Shown: positions 1 to 7,178 of the stretch, piece by piece
How positions within the stretch are numbered: position 1 is the first letter of the stretch
How the letters are laid out: each line of letters opens with the position of its first letter
Source of the DNA: a virus
Length of the DNA: 64,000 nt
Strand: one strand, 5' to 3'
Virus record (IMG/VR): IMGVR_UViG_3300005529_000001
Location: 80,882 to 144,881 of that record
Notes under the pieces: model-generated
Seen by the model: only the letters and a program-made list of their open reading frames with translations
Database searches by the model: none
Told to the model about the DNA's origin: nothing
Program-made: the position numbers and the translations under genes

Positions 1-322
1 CCGACCAGTAGTAGATCTTCTTGCGCATCCCTGTCACGTTGAAGCGCTTGCCCAGGTACTGGTCGAGGCGTTGGTAGCCCTCGACGACCGTCTCGGCGTT
101 GCCTCGGTTCATGTCCTGTTCGAGGACGCGGATGTCTTCCTGGATGGACTCGACACTCCGGATGAGGCCGGCGACGACGTCCTTCGGACAAGCGACCTCT
201 CGGAGGAGGTCCTTGATGTCACGCCTGGGGTCGCCGAAGCAGTTTCCGGGATTGGCAGCGTCACCGAGCATCTCTTCGAGCTCGTCGGCTTGGTTGATCG
301 TCAGCGTGGTCTTCTTGGCCAT
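1..322 (-). CDS. hypothetical protein, N-terminal part only (gene continues past window start)
   Basis: minus-strand frame open from ATG at 322 (MAKKTTLTINQADELEEMLGDAANPG...) to the window edge; AGGAGG RBS 8 nt upstream; absent from ORF track because incomplete. Confidence 0.45.
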   Translation of the reverse strand, partial: MAKKTTLTINQADELEEMLGDAANPGNCFGDPRRDIKDLLREVACPKDVVAGLIRSVESIQEDIRVLEQDMNRGNAETVVEGYQRLDQYLGKRFNVTGMRKKIYYWS

Positions 323-371
323 GGGGTGGTGCCTCCTGATAGGGCGACTCTACCACAGTCGCCACGATCTT

Positions 372-695
372 TCACAGCGACCAGGGAGGCGCCGCGGGCA
401 GGCCCACGCGCGCACGCTCTGCGTCCAGCCTGGCTTTGTCCTCCCGCGCCGTCACCTCTTCGATGTCGCAGGGCACCGTGGTGAAGGTGTGATCGAACTC
501 CGGCATGGGCGGGAAGTCCTCGTTGGCAAAGCCGAGGCGACAGATCGCCCGCTCGGTGAGGTCCATGAACCGGTCGTCCTTCGTCGTCATGGCGATGGTC
601 ATCTTGCCCTTCTGCCCACGACGGTAGCGCTCGACAACGTCGAGCTGGACCTGGATGATCGCTGCGGCGACGAACTTGGCGATGATGTTGTCCAT
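372..695 (-). CDS. hypothetical protein (107 aa)
   Basis: ORF-track frame with protein-like composition, whereas the overlapping plus-strand ORFs are Arg/Ser-rich wrong-frame artefacts of GC-rich DNA. Confidence 0.45.
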   Translation of the reverse strand: MDNIIAKFVAAAIIQVQLDVVERYRRGQKGKMTIAMTTKDDRFMDLTERAICRLGFANEDFPPMPEFDHTFTTVPCDIEEVTAREDKARLDAERARVGLPAAPPWSL

Positions 696-730
696 GAGCA
701 GAATGTACCTCAGATCGTGACCGAGTTACA

Positions 731-976
731 CTAGATGCGGAACGAACGGACGCTCTTGACGCCGTTGCGGTCGCCGACCTTCGCCAACACCTGGATGGGT
801 TTGGCAGCGACGGCGATGGCCTCGTACTGCCTGTAACCGTAGCCGAAAGCTGAGTGAGCGGCGTCTTCCCCGAACGTCTGCCGGAGGAAGGTGATGAGGG
901 GCGTGTGGAACCTCGGCTCGGTGACGATGACGACAGCCATGAACCGCTTGTCGTGGAGGTCGGGTCGGGCGCTCAT
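731..976 (-). CDS. hypothetical protein (82 aa)
   Basis: C-terminal, protein-like part of ORF 731..1363 starting at ATG 976 (MSARPDLHDKRFMAVVIVTEPRF...); the ATG overlaps the stop of upstream gene 973..1194 as ATGA; the rest of the track ORF is Arg-rich junk. Confidence 0.45.
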   Translation of the reverse strand: MSARPDLHDKRFMAVVIVTEPRFHTPLITFLRQTFGEDAAHSAFGYGYRQYEAIAVAAKPIQVLAKVGDRNGVKSVRSFRI

Positions 977-1194
977 GCGTAGCTGTAGGGCTTGGCGGTG
1001 ACGACGATGGCCCAGCGATCGCCCTTCTCCCAGTTGACGGTGATGCTGGTCCCGTTCGCGAGCTCGACGGTCACGTCGCCGCTCGTGGTGTCCACCTTGG
1101 TGATGGTGCCAATGTCCCCACGTTTGCAATGGGGACAGAGCTGGAACATGATCCGTTTGCCTTCGAGCGACTTGGAGGGGAGCCTGTTTGCCAT
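973..1194 (-). CDS. small Zn-ribbon-like protein (73 aa, CPHCKRGD motif)
   Basis: ORF track; start lies 6 nt downstream of a -10-like TAGACT; protein-like composition. Confidence 0.55.
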   Translation of the reverse strand: MANRLPSKSLEGKRIMFQLCPHCKRGDIGTITKVDTTSGDVTVELANGTSITVNWEKGDRWAIVVTAKPYSYA

Positions 1195-1200
1195 GGTCCC

Positions 1201-1229
1201 AGTCTACCACGCTCGCGCCGGTTCTGTCA
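1201..1229 (-). promoter_or_regulatory. sigma70-like promoter (TGACAG-17bp-TAGACT) 6 nt upstream of ATG 1194, leaderless
   Basis: read on minus strand as TGACAG AACCGGCGCGAGCGTGG TAGACT GGGACC ATG; same architecture recurs at 1485, 1813, 3259, 6708, 45895 and 54674. Confidence 0.5.
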
Positions 1230-1478
1230 CTCCCAGTGGGAAGCGAGCAGCGCGTCAGTGTTGGGGAACAGGCCCTGCAACTCTTCCGGCACCTGCCCCT
1301 CGTCGCCACCACACACCAGCTCCTCGCACTCTTTCTCGGTCGGGTAGCGCTCCGCGATCTCATAGTCGAGCTGGAGCGCCTCGCTGATGTCAGCGGGCAG
1401 GATGTGGACGAGGCTGTCGCTGAACGCCCAGTGCCGGATCGACTCGGTCGCAGCGTTGATGGTCAGGGGTGTGTCCAT
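1227..1478 (-). CDS. hypothetical acidic protein (83 aa)
   Basis: ORF track; leaderless start behind promoter cassette 1485..1513. Confidence 0.5.
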   Translation of the reverse strand: MDTPLTINAATESIRHWAFSDSLVHILPADISEALQLDYEIAERYPTEKECEELVCGGDEGQVPEELQGLFPNTDALLASHWE

Positions 1479-1484
1479 GTTGCT

Positions 1485-1513
1485 ACACTACCACGATCCC
1501 TCGCGAGCTTGCA
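1485..1513 (-). promoter_or_regulatory. sigma70-like promoter (TGCAAG-17bp-TAGTGT), leaderless start at 1478
   Basis: GCGCGGGTGCAAG CTCGCGAGGGATCGTGG TAGTGT AGCAAC ATG on minus strand. Confidence 0.5.
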
Positions 1514-1530
1514 CCCGCGCCTGCGCTCTC

Positions 1531-1806
1531 TCAGAGCTCTTCGTACGTCAGTGAAGCCGGGCACGGCATCCAACCGTCGTCAATGTCGAAGAAGTACCCG
1601 GGCTGATCGGTGGGCTGAGTGTTGCCGTCGCGGACCAGGCGAGTGATGAGGCACGGCACCCAGCCGCCGGGGGTCTTCACCTCGCCCCACGGCTTGTCGG
1701 GGAACTGCATGCTGCCCAGGTCGATCTCGTCATCCATCGCCTGCGCCTCGTCGGGGTACCGCGCGGTGAACTCGCTCTCGGCCAGGCGCTTATACTTGAC
1801 AGGCAT
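1531..1806 (-). CDS. hypothetical protein (91 aa)
   Basis: ORF track; leaderless start behind promoter 1813..1841. Confidence 0.5.
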   Translation of the reverse strand: MPVKYKRLAESEFTARYPDEAQAMDDEIDLGSMQFPDKPWGEVKTPGGWVPCLITRLVRDGNTQPTDQPGYFFDIDDGWMPCPASLTYEEL

Positions 1807-1812
1807 GACCAG

Positions 1813-1841
1813 ACCTTACCACGGAACGCTAGCGAGTTTCA
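1813..1841 (-). promoter_or_regulatory. sigma70-like promoter (TGAAAC-17bp-TAAGGT), leaderless start at 1806
   Basis: TGAAAC TCGCTAGCGTTCCGTGG TAAGGT CTGGTC ATG on minus strand. Confidence 0.45.
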
Positions 1842-2059
1842 CCGGGTGCCAGGCACAGGATCTCCTCGCGGTTGACACGCGCTTTCTCGCCATCGCTGAC
1901 GAAGTAACCCAGGCACGCGCGGCCGATGCAGCTGGGGACGCAGCCGAAGCCGCCGGTGCACATGAAGGTGCGTTCCTCGTCAGTCCCCTTGTAGTAGCGG
2001 GGGTCGAGGATGACTTTCTTGTTGGTGAGGTCGACGCCGGGGACGCTGGTGTTCGCCAT
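1829..2059 (-). CDS. hypothetical Cys-containing protein (76 aa)
   Basis: ORF track; GGAGGAACCAAG-ATG RBS upstream of start at 2059. Confidence 0.5.
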   Translation of the reverse strand: MANTSVPGVDLTNKKVILDPRYYKGTDEERTFMCTGGFGCVPSCIGRACLGYFVSDGEKARVNREEILCLAPGETR

Positions 2060-2082
2060 CTTGGTTCCTCCAACGCGGAAAG

Positions 2083-2115
2083 CCCGGACCCCCGTCTCAA
2101 GGGATCCGGGCCCTC
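2083..2115 (-). terminator. possible hairpin terminator after gene 2130..2954
   Basis: imperfect GC-rich hairpin GCCCGGATCCC-loop-GGGGGTCCGGGC followed by TTTCC on minus strand, just downstream of stop at 2130. Confidence 0.3.
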
Positions 2116-2129
2116 CGGGTGGGAAGCCG

Positions 2130-2954
2130 TCAGCGACCGATGCCGAGGAGCGAGGCGATGCGCCCGTCCTTGAGCGCCTCCAGCTCCTTGGCCAGGATGG
2201 TGTCCATCTTGGCGCGGTCCATGCCGAGGTCGAGGCCGTGGCGCTTGCACAGGCTGTCGAGGAGGCCGCCGAGCTCGTGAGCCGTCGACTCCGTCGGGGT
2301 CATCTCCCGGTACACCGGGTCGACGATGAAGTGACCGTGCTCGACGTCGGGGTTCGAGTCGAGGAAGGCCGCCAGGCGCCGGAAGCAGTCACCGCGGGGG
2401 ACGGGCTTGGGCGCGACGCTGGTGGTGAAGTTGTTGCCGTTGGCATCGGTGTCGACGAAGTACTCGCCGATCTCATTGATGACGACGTAGCCGGTGATCT
2501 CGTTGGTCTTCATGGGGTGGTTGCCTCCAGTGGAACCAGTATAACCCGGTTCGCTCGTGTCTTGCACCCGCGCTTGCGCTTCCTGGTTCAGGACGCCCTT
2601 GAGGCTGCGCCAGACGCCGCTGTCGTCACCGAAGCAGGAGAACACCATCCAGCTGCCCTCGGCGGTCAGCAGGTAGGCGTAGTCAACAGGACCCGCACCG
2701 ATGTCGTCTTCGTAGTCCTGGACGCAGTCGACGATCACGCTGGGATCAGCGCAACCAGCGAGGGGCTTGGGACTGTAGGGCGGCACCAGGCTGACACAGC
2801 GCATGTCCCCGAAGTCAGCGACCCTCGCCGCCTGCTCGGAACTCATGCAGAGGAGCAGCTTGCCGACAGAGCGGGGGAAACCGTCGCTGTGGCAGTACGA
2901 GTAGGTGACCATGCCGTTGGGCGCTTCGACACCGATGTAACAGTGGGTTGACAT
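2130..2954 (-). CDS. hypothetical protein (274 aa); a promoter/RBS/ATG cassette at 2513 in the same frame may give an independent 127-aa C-terminal product
   Basis: ORF track; internal sequence GCGCGGGTGCAAG..17bp..TATACT..GGAGG..ATG(2513, MKTNEITGY...) fits the recurring promoter cassette but is in frame with no stop. Confidence 0.45.
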   Translation of the reverse strand: MSTHCYIGVEAPNGMVTYSYCHSDGFPRSVGKLLLCMSSEQAARVADFGDMRCVSLVPPYSPKPLAGCADPSVIVDCVQDYEDDIGAGPVDYAYLLTAEGSWMVFSCFGDDSGVWRSLKGVLNQEAQARVQDTSEPGYTGSTGGNHPMKTNEITGYVVINEIGEYFVDTDANGNNFTTSVAPKPVPRGDCFRRLAAFLDSNPDVEHGHFIVDPVYREMTPTESTAHELGGLLDSLCKRHGLDLGMDRAKMDTILAKELEALKDGRIASLLGIGR

Positions 2955-2963
2955 GGTCCTAGT

Positions 2964-3251
2964 CTACCACGAACGTGGCAGTCCTTTCACTCTGGCGCGG
3001 CTGATCCTCGGGTGGTGCCAGGGCCTGTTGTGGTGGGGGACATCGTTCCGGTGCCAGAGCCCATCGGAGCCCTTGAAACAATACGTCTCCAGCAGGCCGA
3101 GGTAGCCCAGGTTGGTGCCCCAGTAGGCCCTGCACCGCATCGGCTCGCCCGGGTGGCTCATCTCCCACAGGGCACGCTGGATGTCGGTGTACCGCATCCC
3201 GCCACGGTCAGCGATCAGGTCGAGGACCCTGACGGACTTTGACTGCAGCAT
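2964..3251 (-). CDS. hypothetical protein (95 aa)
   Basis: ORF track; leaderless start behind promoter 3259..3297. Confidence 0.5.
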   Translation of the reverse strand: MLQSKSVRVLDLIADRGGMRYTDIQRALWEMSHPGEPMRCRAYWGTNLGYLGLLETYCFKGSDGLWHRNDVPHHNRPWHHPRISRARVKGLPRSW

Positions 3252-3258
3252 GGTCCCA

Positions 3259-3297
3259 ACCTACCACAAAAAGGATCGCGGGTGCACACCCGCGCCC
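3259..3297 (-). promoter_or_regulatory. sigma70-like promoter (GTGCAC-17bp-GTAGGT) for gene starting at 3251
   Basis: GCGCGGGTGTGCAC CCGCGATCCTTTTTGTG GTAGGT TGGGACC ATG on minus strand. Confidence 0.45.
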
Positions 3298-3314
3298 GCG
3301 CCCACGCAATGGCT

Positions 3315-3354
3315 CATCGATGAACCCACAGTGCAACCAAGAGTTCATCGATGG
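3315..3354. promoter_or_regulatory. perfect 11-bp inverted repeat CATCGATGAAC-N18-GTTCATCGATG in divergent intergenic region (candidate operator)
   Basis: seen directly; lies between the divergently transcribed gene 2964..3251 and the RecA-like gene; the loop contains GTGCAACC, the -35-like motif of this element. Confidence 0.4.
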
Positions 3355-3481
3355 TACACTGGACCCAATCCGCTTGAAGCTGGCCTGGAGAGCGAGCCCT
3401 GGTCCGGGAGGACGGCGGGGAGCCACGCAGCCTGCCCAACGGTTGGGCTCCCCAGAAAGCGCTGCCCGTCCACACCGTCTG

Positions 3482-3510
3482 TGCAACCCCCGGTGCTTTC
3501 CTGGTAGACT
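3482..3510 (+). promoter_or_regulatory. sigma70-like promoter (TGCAAC-17bp-TAGACT) for RecA-like gene
   Basis: TGCAAC + 17 bp ending in CTGG + TAGACT; here followed by a 37-nt leader with GGAGG RBS before ATG 3548. Confidence 0.45.
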
Positions 3511-3547
3511 GGGACCATCAACGCTCCACCACCCCGGAGGAAACACA

Positions 3548-4369
3548 ATGGCTGGCATGAACCTGAAGGTGGCCCGAGGCTTCGCCCTCGGCACCCGCCG
3601 ATCGACCATCAAGGTCCCACCCGAGCTCCGCGTCAAGCACTCGACCGGCATGGACTGGCTCGACGACGTGCTGGGCAGCGAGGGCGGTGTCACCGCCTCG
3701 TCTGTCATCATGCTGACGGGCGGTCCCGGCTGCGGCAAGAGCACCCTGATCCGGCAGCTGGCCAACTCGATGGCCCGCGACGGCTCGACGCTGCTCCCCA
3801 TCTACAACTGCGGCGAGGAGAGCCTGTTCCAGGCTGAGCTCGCCAACGAGCGGCTGCAGGTCACCAACGACTTCATGGTCGGTGAGGAGACGGAGCTGCC
3901 CAAGCTGCTGACCTTCGCCGACAACGTGAGGAAGGCCAACCCGAAGAAGGTCGTCACCATCCTGCAAGACAGCCTCCAGACCCTGAACGACATGAAGTAC
4001 AAGGACGGCGGCACCACGGGCAACACCCCGGTCCGCTGCGCCGAGGCGCTGGTCAGCTGGTCGCAGGAGAAGGTGGGCAACTTCGGCCACGTCTGGTTCG
4101 TCGGCCAGGTGACGAAGGGCGGCGAGTTCGCCGGCAAGAACGTCATCAAGCACGCGATTGACGTCCACATGCACCTGTTCTACGACGAGGACAAGAAGTC
4201 GGCGACCTACGGCATGCTGCTGGGCGAGGTCCAGAAGAACCGCTGGGGTTGCAACGGCAAGACCTACATCCTCGGCCTGACCAAGACGGGCATCGAGGAG
4301 CGCGGCTCCTTCACCAAGGGCCAGGACTTCGACGTCGACGGCAAGGAAGACGAGGGGGAGGCTGCCTGA
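3548..4369 (+). CDS. RecA/RadA-like ATPase (small Sak4/RadA-type recombinase core, Walker A GGPGCGKST)
   Basis: ATG 3548 preceded by GGAGG; motifs VIMLTGGPGCGKSTLIRQL and the RecA-fold core arrangement; ORF-track start 3239 lies in the promoter region and is rejected. Confidence 0.65.
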   Translation: MAGMNLKVARGFALGTRRSTIKVPPELRVKHSTGMDWLDDVLGSEGGVTASSVIMLTGGPGCGKSTLIRQLANSMARDGSTLLPIYNCGEESLFQAELANERLQVTNDFMVGEETELPKLLTFADNVRKANPKKVVTILQDSLQTLNDMKYKDGGTTGNTPVRCAEALVSWSQEKVGNFGHVWFVGQVTKGGEFAGKNVIKHAIDVHMHLFYDEDKKSATYGMLLGEVQKNRWGCNGKTYILGLTKTGIEERGSFTKGQDFDVDGKEDEGEAA

Positions 4370-4629
4370 TGATCAGCATCGTGCAAGTCCAAGCAGCGAC
4401 TCCTCCCTACGAAGAGGTCCACGTGCGGATGTCCCGCGCCGAGGCCGTCGCCCTGTTCCACGACCTCAACCGGGTCATGGCGATCCTCGACGACGCTCGC
4501 GCGAACGAGGACGACGGCATGGTCGGGGACATGGACGGCGCTGACCAAGCCGCCTACGATCACGCCAACGACTTCCTGGCTCTCATCCAGCGCGAGCTGC
4601 AGATCGACCCGGAAGATCCCAGGGACTGA
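4369..4629 (+). CDS. hypothetical acidic protein (86 aa)
   Basis: ATG overlaps the stop of the RecA-like gene (TGATG coupling); helical, protein-like composition. Confidence 0.5.
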   Translation: MISIVQVQAATPPYEEVHVRMSRAEAVALFHDLNRVMAILDDARANEDDGMVGDMDGADQAAYDHANDFLALIQRELQIDPEDPRD

Positions 4630-4643
4630 GCACAGACCACTGG

Positions 4644-4716
4644 GCGCATGCGTGGGGGGGCTGGACGAGCCAGGGGTGGTGATGACAGCCCCCCCACGCA
4701 TGCGCCGCTTTTTTCG
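4644..4716 (+). terminator. rho-independent terminator (17-bp GC stem, 28-nt loop, T6 tail)
   Basis: GCGCATGCGTGGGGGGG ... CCCCCCCACGCATGCGC followed by CGCTTTTTTCG, immediately after stop of gene 4369..4629. Confidence 0.6.
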
Positions 4717-4727
4717 TCACCCGGCTG

Positions 4728-4756
4728 TGAAAGTCGCTGGTGACTTGTGGTAATTT
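4728..4756 (+). promoter_or_regulatory. sigma70-like promoter (TGAAAG-17bp-TAATTT)
   Basis: TGAAAG TCGCTGGTGACTTGTGG TAATTT, 8 nt before ATG 4765. Confidence 0.45.
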
Positions 4757-4764
4757 GGTGGCCC

Positions 4765-5010
4765 ATGGGGGGGACCGCAGCTGCTGGTCGACATGTCCGG
4801 CCAGACGGCAACGCCTTCCGGCTGATCGCGCGCGTACGTGAGCAGATCAGGGGAGAGGCAGCCAGGGCGCAGTTCGTCAGGCAGGCGCTGTACGGGTGCA
4901 AGACCTATGACGCGGTGCTGCGGCTGTGCCTCGAGCACGTGGAGGTGGTCGACCCGTCGGGCTACCTGGCGCAGCACCTGGAGCGGGCGGCGCGGGGCGA
5001 CGAGCCCTGA
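4765..5010 (+). CDS. hypothetical protein (81 aa)
   Basis: in-frame ATG at 4765 within track ORF 4747..5010 (whose track start is a GTG inside the -10 element); helical, protein-like sequence. Confidence 0.4.
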   Translation: MGGTAAAGRHVRPDGNAFRLIARVREQIRGEAARAQFVRQALYGCKTYDAVLRLCLEHVEVVDPSGYLAQHLERAARGDEP

Positions 5011-5037
5011 ACCGCTGGGCGACCGCCATCGCGCGCC

Positions 5038-5265
5038 GGCGTTCTGTGCCGACAGGGCCCGCGCAGATCGTACGCCACCCGGGCCGCAGTGTTCACCCGG
5101 TGCGTTCTGTGCAGATCGCTGACCTGCATGTGACGCGGGAGGACCGGAGAGGCAGCCAGGGAGGGTGGCGGACCTGCAGCAGCCGGGCGGGCGAGCGGGG
5201 AGGCAGCGTCACCCGACCCGTGCCAGCGCGTGCGTGTTCTGTGGGGATCTATCGCGATCTGCGGG
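5038..5265. repeat. non-coding region with three GTTCTGTG(C/G) iteron-like direct repeats and GCAGATCGC / GCGATCTGC inverted copies
   Basis: GTTCTGTG at 5041, 5104 and 5236; GCAGATCG at 5063 and 5111, inverted GCGATCTGC at 5255; the 5011-5419 stretch has no credible ORF (only Arg-rich wrong-frame ORFs). Confidence 0.45.
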
Positions 5266-5419
5266 TCGCGGACCGGCGGGCGGCGCATGCTCCACCCCTC
5301 GTCCGTTCGCCTTCCCGCGCTCACGTGCCCCTTTTGCTCCCCTGGGCCCTGCGTCCGCGTGCACCCAGGATAGCCTATCCGATCTGTGGCTTGTGGGCCG
5401 CTGCGGGGCTTTTTACCCC

Positions 5420-5671
5420 CTAGGGAACCCGGGCGACGGGCACGCGTGCGCGCGAGACCAGCTCCAGCTCGTCACCCGTGTACCAAACGTACGAAGTCGT
5501 TGGGGTATTGCTGAAGTTCACCGCATAGACACGCTCGTGTGGAGCAACTCCCTCGATGCGTTTGATGCAACCGATTGTCCCGTCCCCGCCTCGCAGGGTG
5601 ACATAATCATCTACTTGGAAGACCGTGTGCAGCACTGCGGTAGGTGCAGAGTCTAGTTTTTCTTTCGTCAT
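5420..5671 (-). CDS. hypothetical protein (83 aa), distant relative of the small-protein family (VDDYVTL...GDGTIG)
   Basis: ORF track; first gene of the minus-strand array. Confidence 0.45.
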   Translation of the reverse strand: MTKEKLDSAPTAVLHTVFQVDDYVTLRGGDGTIGCIKRIEGVAPHERVYAVNFSNTPTTSYVWYTGDELELVSRARVPVARVP

Positions 5672-5865
5672 CTGGGGATTGTAAGCTGTCTCCCGTCACT
5701 GGGTCGCGCGCACGCGTCCGCGCAAGGATCGTAGCCCTCGATCACGCACGTCCATAGCTTGGGTTCCGGAGTCAGGTAAACCAGCACCGTCTTCTTCTCA
5801 TCCTCGGCATACACCGCGATGACCAGGTCCTCGCCCACCATGTCCCCGGGTTTCACCATCGTCAT
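5668..5865 (-). CDS. small protein (65 aa) with VKPGDMV motif; paralog of remnant at 6770-6924
   Basis: ORF track; ATGA coupling with neighbour. Confidence 0.45.
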   Translation of the reverse strand: MTMVKPGDMVGEDLVIAVYAEDEKKTVLVYLTPEPKLWTCVIEGYDPCADACARPSDGRQLTIPR

Positions 5866-6131
5866 CTCAAGAGACGGCCCTCGCCCTCGTCAGCTTGTTC
5901 GACCAGGAACGGGCTGCACCAGCCCAGCTCCATCCGGTGGTTCAGCACCAAGATGCCCCGTTCCCTGCAGACAGCGATAACCAGGGCGACCTCGTCGGCG
6001 GTCAGGTCACCGCAGGCTGGGTTGTCATCGCTCTCGCCCGCACCGTGCCTGCGCCCGCGCCACAGGGTCGGCCTCCAGTACCCGGTCACCAGGTCGCCTG
6101 GGGAGATGGGTTGCGGTCTCCCGTCAGACAC
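5862..6131 (-). CDS. family A small protein (SPGDLV...VALVIAV...ELGW)
   Basis: ORF track plus family motifs shared with more than 30 neighbours. Confidence 0.6.
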   Translation of the reverse strand: MSDGRPQPISPGDLVTGYWRPTLWRGRRHGAGESDDNPACGDLTADEVALVIAVCRERGILVLNHRMELGWCSPFLVEQADEGEGRLLR

Positions 6132-6351
6132 TGTCCACGAACTCGGTGAAGGCCCAGCCCAGCTCTGATCGCGAGTTGAGCAACAACGCCACGCCGATCG
6201 CCTGTTCGTTTGGCTCTGGGGGCACGACCGCGATGACCAGCATCACCTCTCCCGGTGAGAAGCTGCCGCACTGGTTCCTGACAGCGGGCGTCCGGTACAG
6301 GTGGCGCTTCACCATCCTCGCGTTGGTGGTGACCAGGTCCCCGGGCTTCAA
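6124..6351 (-). CDS. family A small protein (MKPGDLV...VMLVIAV...ELGW)
   Basis: ORF track plus family motifs. Confidence 0.6.
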   Translation of the reverse strand: MKPGDLVTTNARMVKRHLYRTPAVRNQCGSFSPGEVMLVIAVVPPEPNEQAIGVALLLNSRSELGWAFTEFVDSV

Positions 6352-6701
6352 TAGTGACGCCTGTACCAGCCCGGCGGGGGACAGAACGGGATGAACCGGT
6401 GCAGCAACGTCGACACCGCTGCCTCGACCTCCTGGTTCTTGGCCAGCTCCCGTTTCATGTCCTGCGTCGCCCGGGTGCAGTCACAGAGCAGCTGTTCGTC
6501 GTTGAGGTCGACCCGGGTGTACTGGTGCTTGTTGTGGTCCCACGCCGAAGCTTGCGACGTCTCGACCCTCAGCAGCGCTGCCAGCTGTTCCAGCTGCTTC
6601 CTCAGCTTGGTCTTCTCCGGCGGGGGCTCGCCCGACTTCATGATGTCCTTGGCGAACGACATGCTGGTGAACGGGTCCCTGGTCGGGGTCTTGTCCTTCA
6701 T
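6348..6701 (-). CDS. hypothetical coiled-coil protein (117 aa), not a family member
   Basis: trimmed to ATG 6701 (MKDKTPTRD...), which sits 6 nt after the TATACT -10 of promoter 6708..6736. Confidence 0.5.
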   Translation of the reverse strand: MKDKTPTRDPFTSMSFAKDIMKSGEPPPEKTKLRKQLEQLAALLRVETSQASAWDHNKHQYTRVDLNDEQLLCDCTRATQDMKRELAKNQEVEAAVSTLLHRFIPFCPPPGWYRRHY

Positions 6702-6707
6702 GGCTCC

Positions 6708-6736
6708 AGTATACGGTCTCCCGCCCCGGGCTTGCA
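6708..6736 (-). promoter_or_regulatory. sigma70-like promoter (TGCAAG-17bp-TATACT), leaderless start at 6701
   Basis: GCGCGGGTGCAAG CCCGGGGCGGGAGACCG TATACT GGAGCC ATG on minus strand. Confidence 0.5.
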
Positions 6737-6769
6737 CCCGCGCGCACGCGCAGCGAGTCGCTCCGGGAT

Positions 6770-6924
6770 CTCAACGAATCGACGGATCCCTCGAGGCCGT
6801 CATCGCAGACCACGTCGTAGGTCCGCAGCCTGGGCCCAGGGGTGAGGCACGTCACCGTCGTCACTTCGCCCCTGGTCACCACGGCCACGACCAAGTCAGC
6901 GCCCATCATCTCTCCCGGTTTCAC
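6770..6924 (-). pseudogene. possible degenerate paralog of gene 5668..5865 (VKPGEMMGADLVVAVV...LTPGPRL...), GTG start overlapping upstream stop
   Basis: GTG at 6924 in a GTGA overlap; first ~45 aa align with 5668..5865, but the frame then runs unbroken through the promoter and start of gene 6348..6701 to a stop at 6481. Confidence 0.25.
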
Positions 6925-7178
6925 GTGCCCGTCTCCCTGAGGTACCAGGCATAGCTCCAGCCGAGCTCGGACCGGGGCGACAGCAACAGGGCTCTCGTGT
7001 CGTCGTTTGGGTCTGTCTCGGGCACCGTCGCGATGACCAGGGCGACCTCTCCCTCCATCAGCCTCCCGCACCTGTGGAACTGAGCAGTGTCCATCGACCG
7101 GTACAACGGGATTGTCAGGATGGGCTCGTTGTTGTGGCCCCCGTCGGGCCTGATCGTCACCAGGTCACCCGGCTTCAT
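6921..7178 (-). CDS. family A small protein (MKPGDLVTIRPDG...VALVIATV...ELGW)
   Basis: trimmed to internal ATG 7178 at the conserved MKPGDLV N-terminus. Confidence 0.6.
   Translation of the reverse strand: MKPGDLVTIRPDGGHNNEPILTIPLYRSMDTAQFHRCGRLMEGEVALVIATVPETDPNDDTRALLLSPRSELGWSYAWYLRETGT

Noticed and set aside
99-1363. long plus- and minus-strand ORFs rich in Arg/Ser/Pro (99..734 +, 731..1363 -, 992..1387 +, 1188..1646 +)
   Set aside because: their composition is typical of wrong-frame translation of GC-rich coding DNA, and they overlap better-supported protein-like ORFs; only the C-terminal 82 aa of 731..1363 was kept
3315-3354. LexA/SOS (Cheo) box upstream of the RecA-like gene
   Set aside because: half-sites resemble TGAAC/GTTCA, but the spacing is 18 bp instead of 4, so it is not a canonical SOS box
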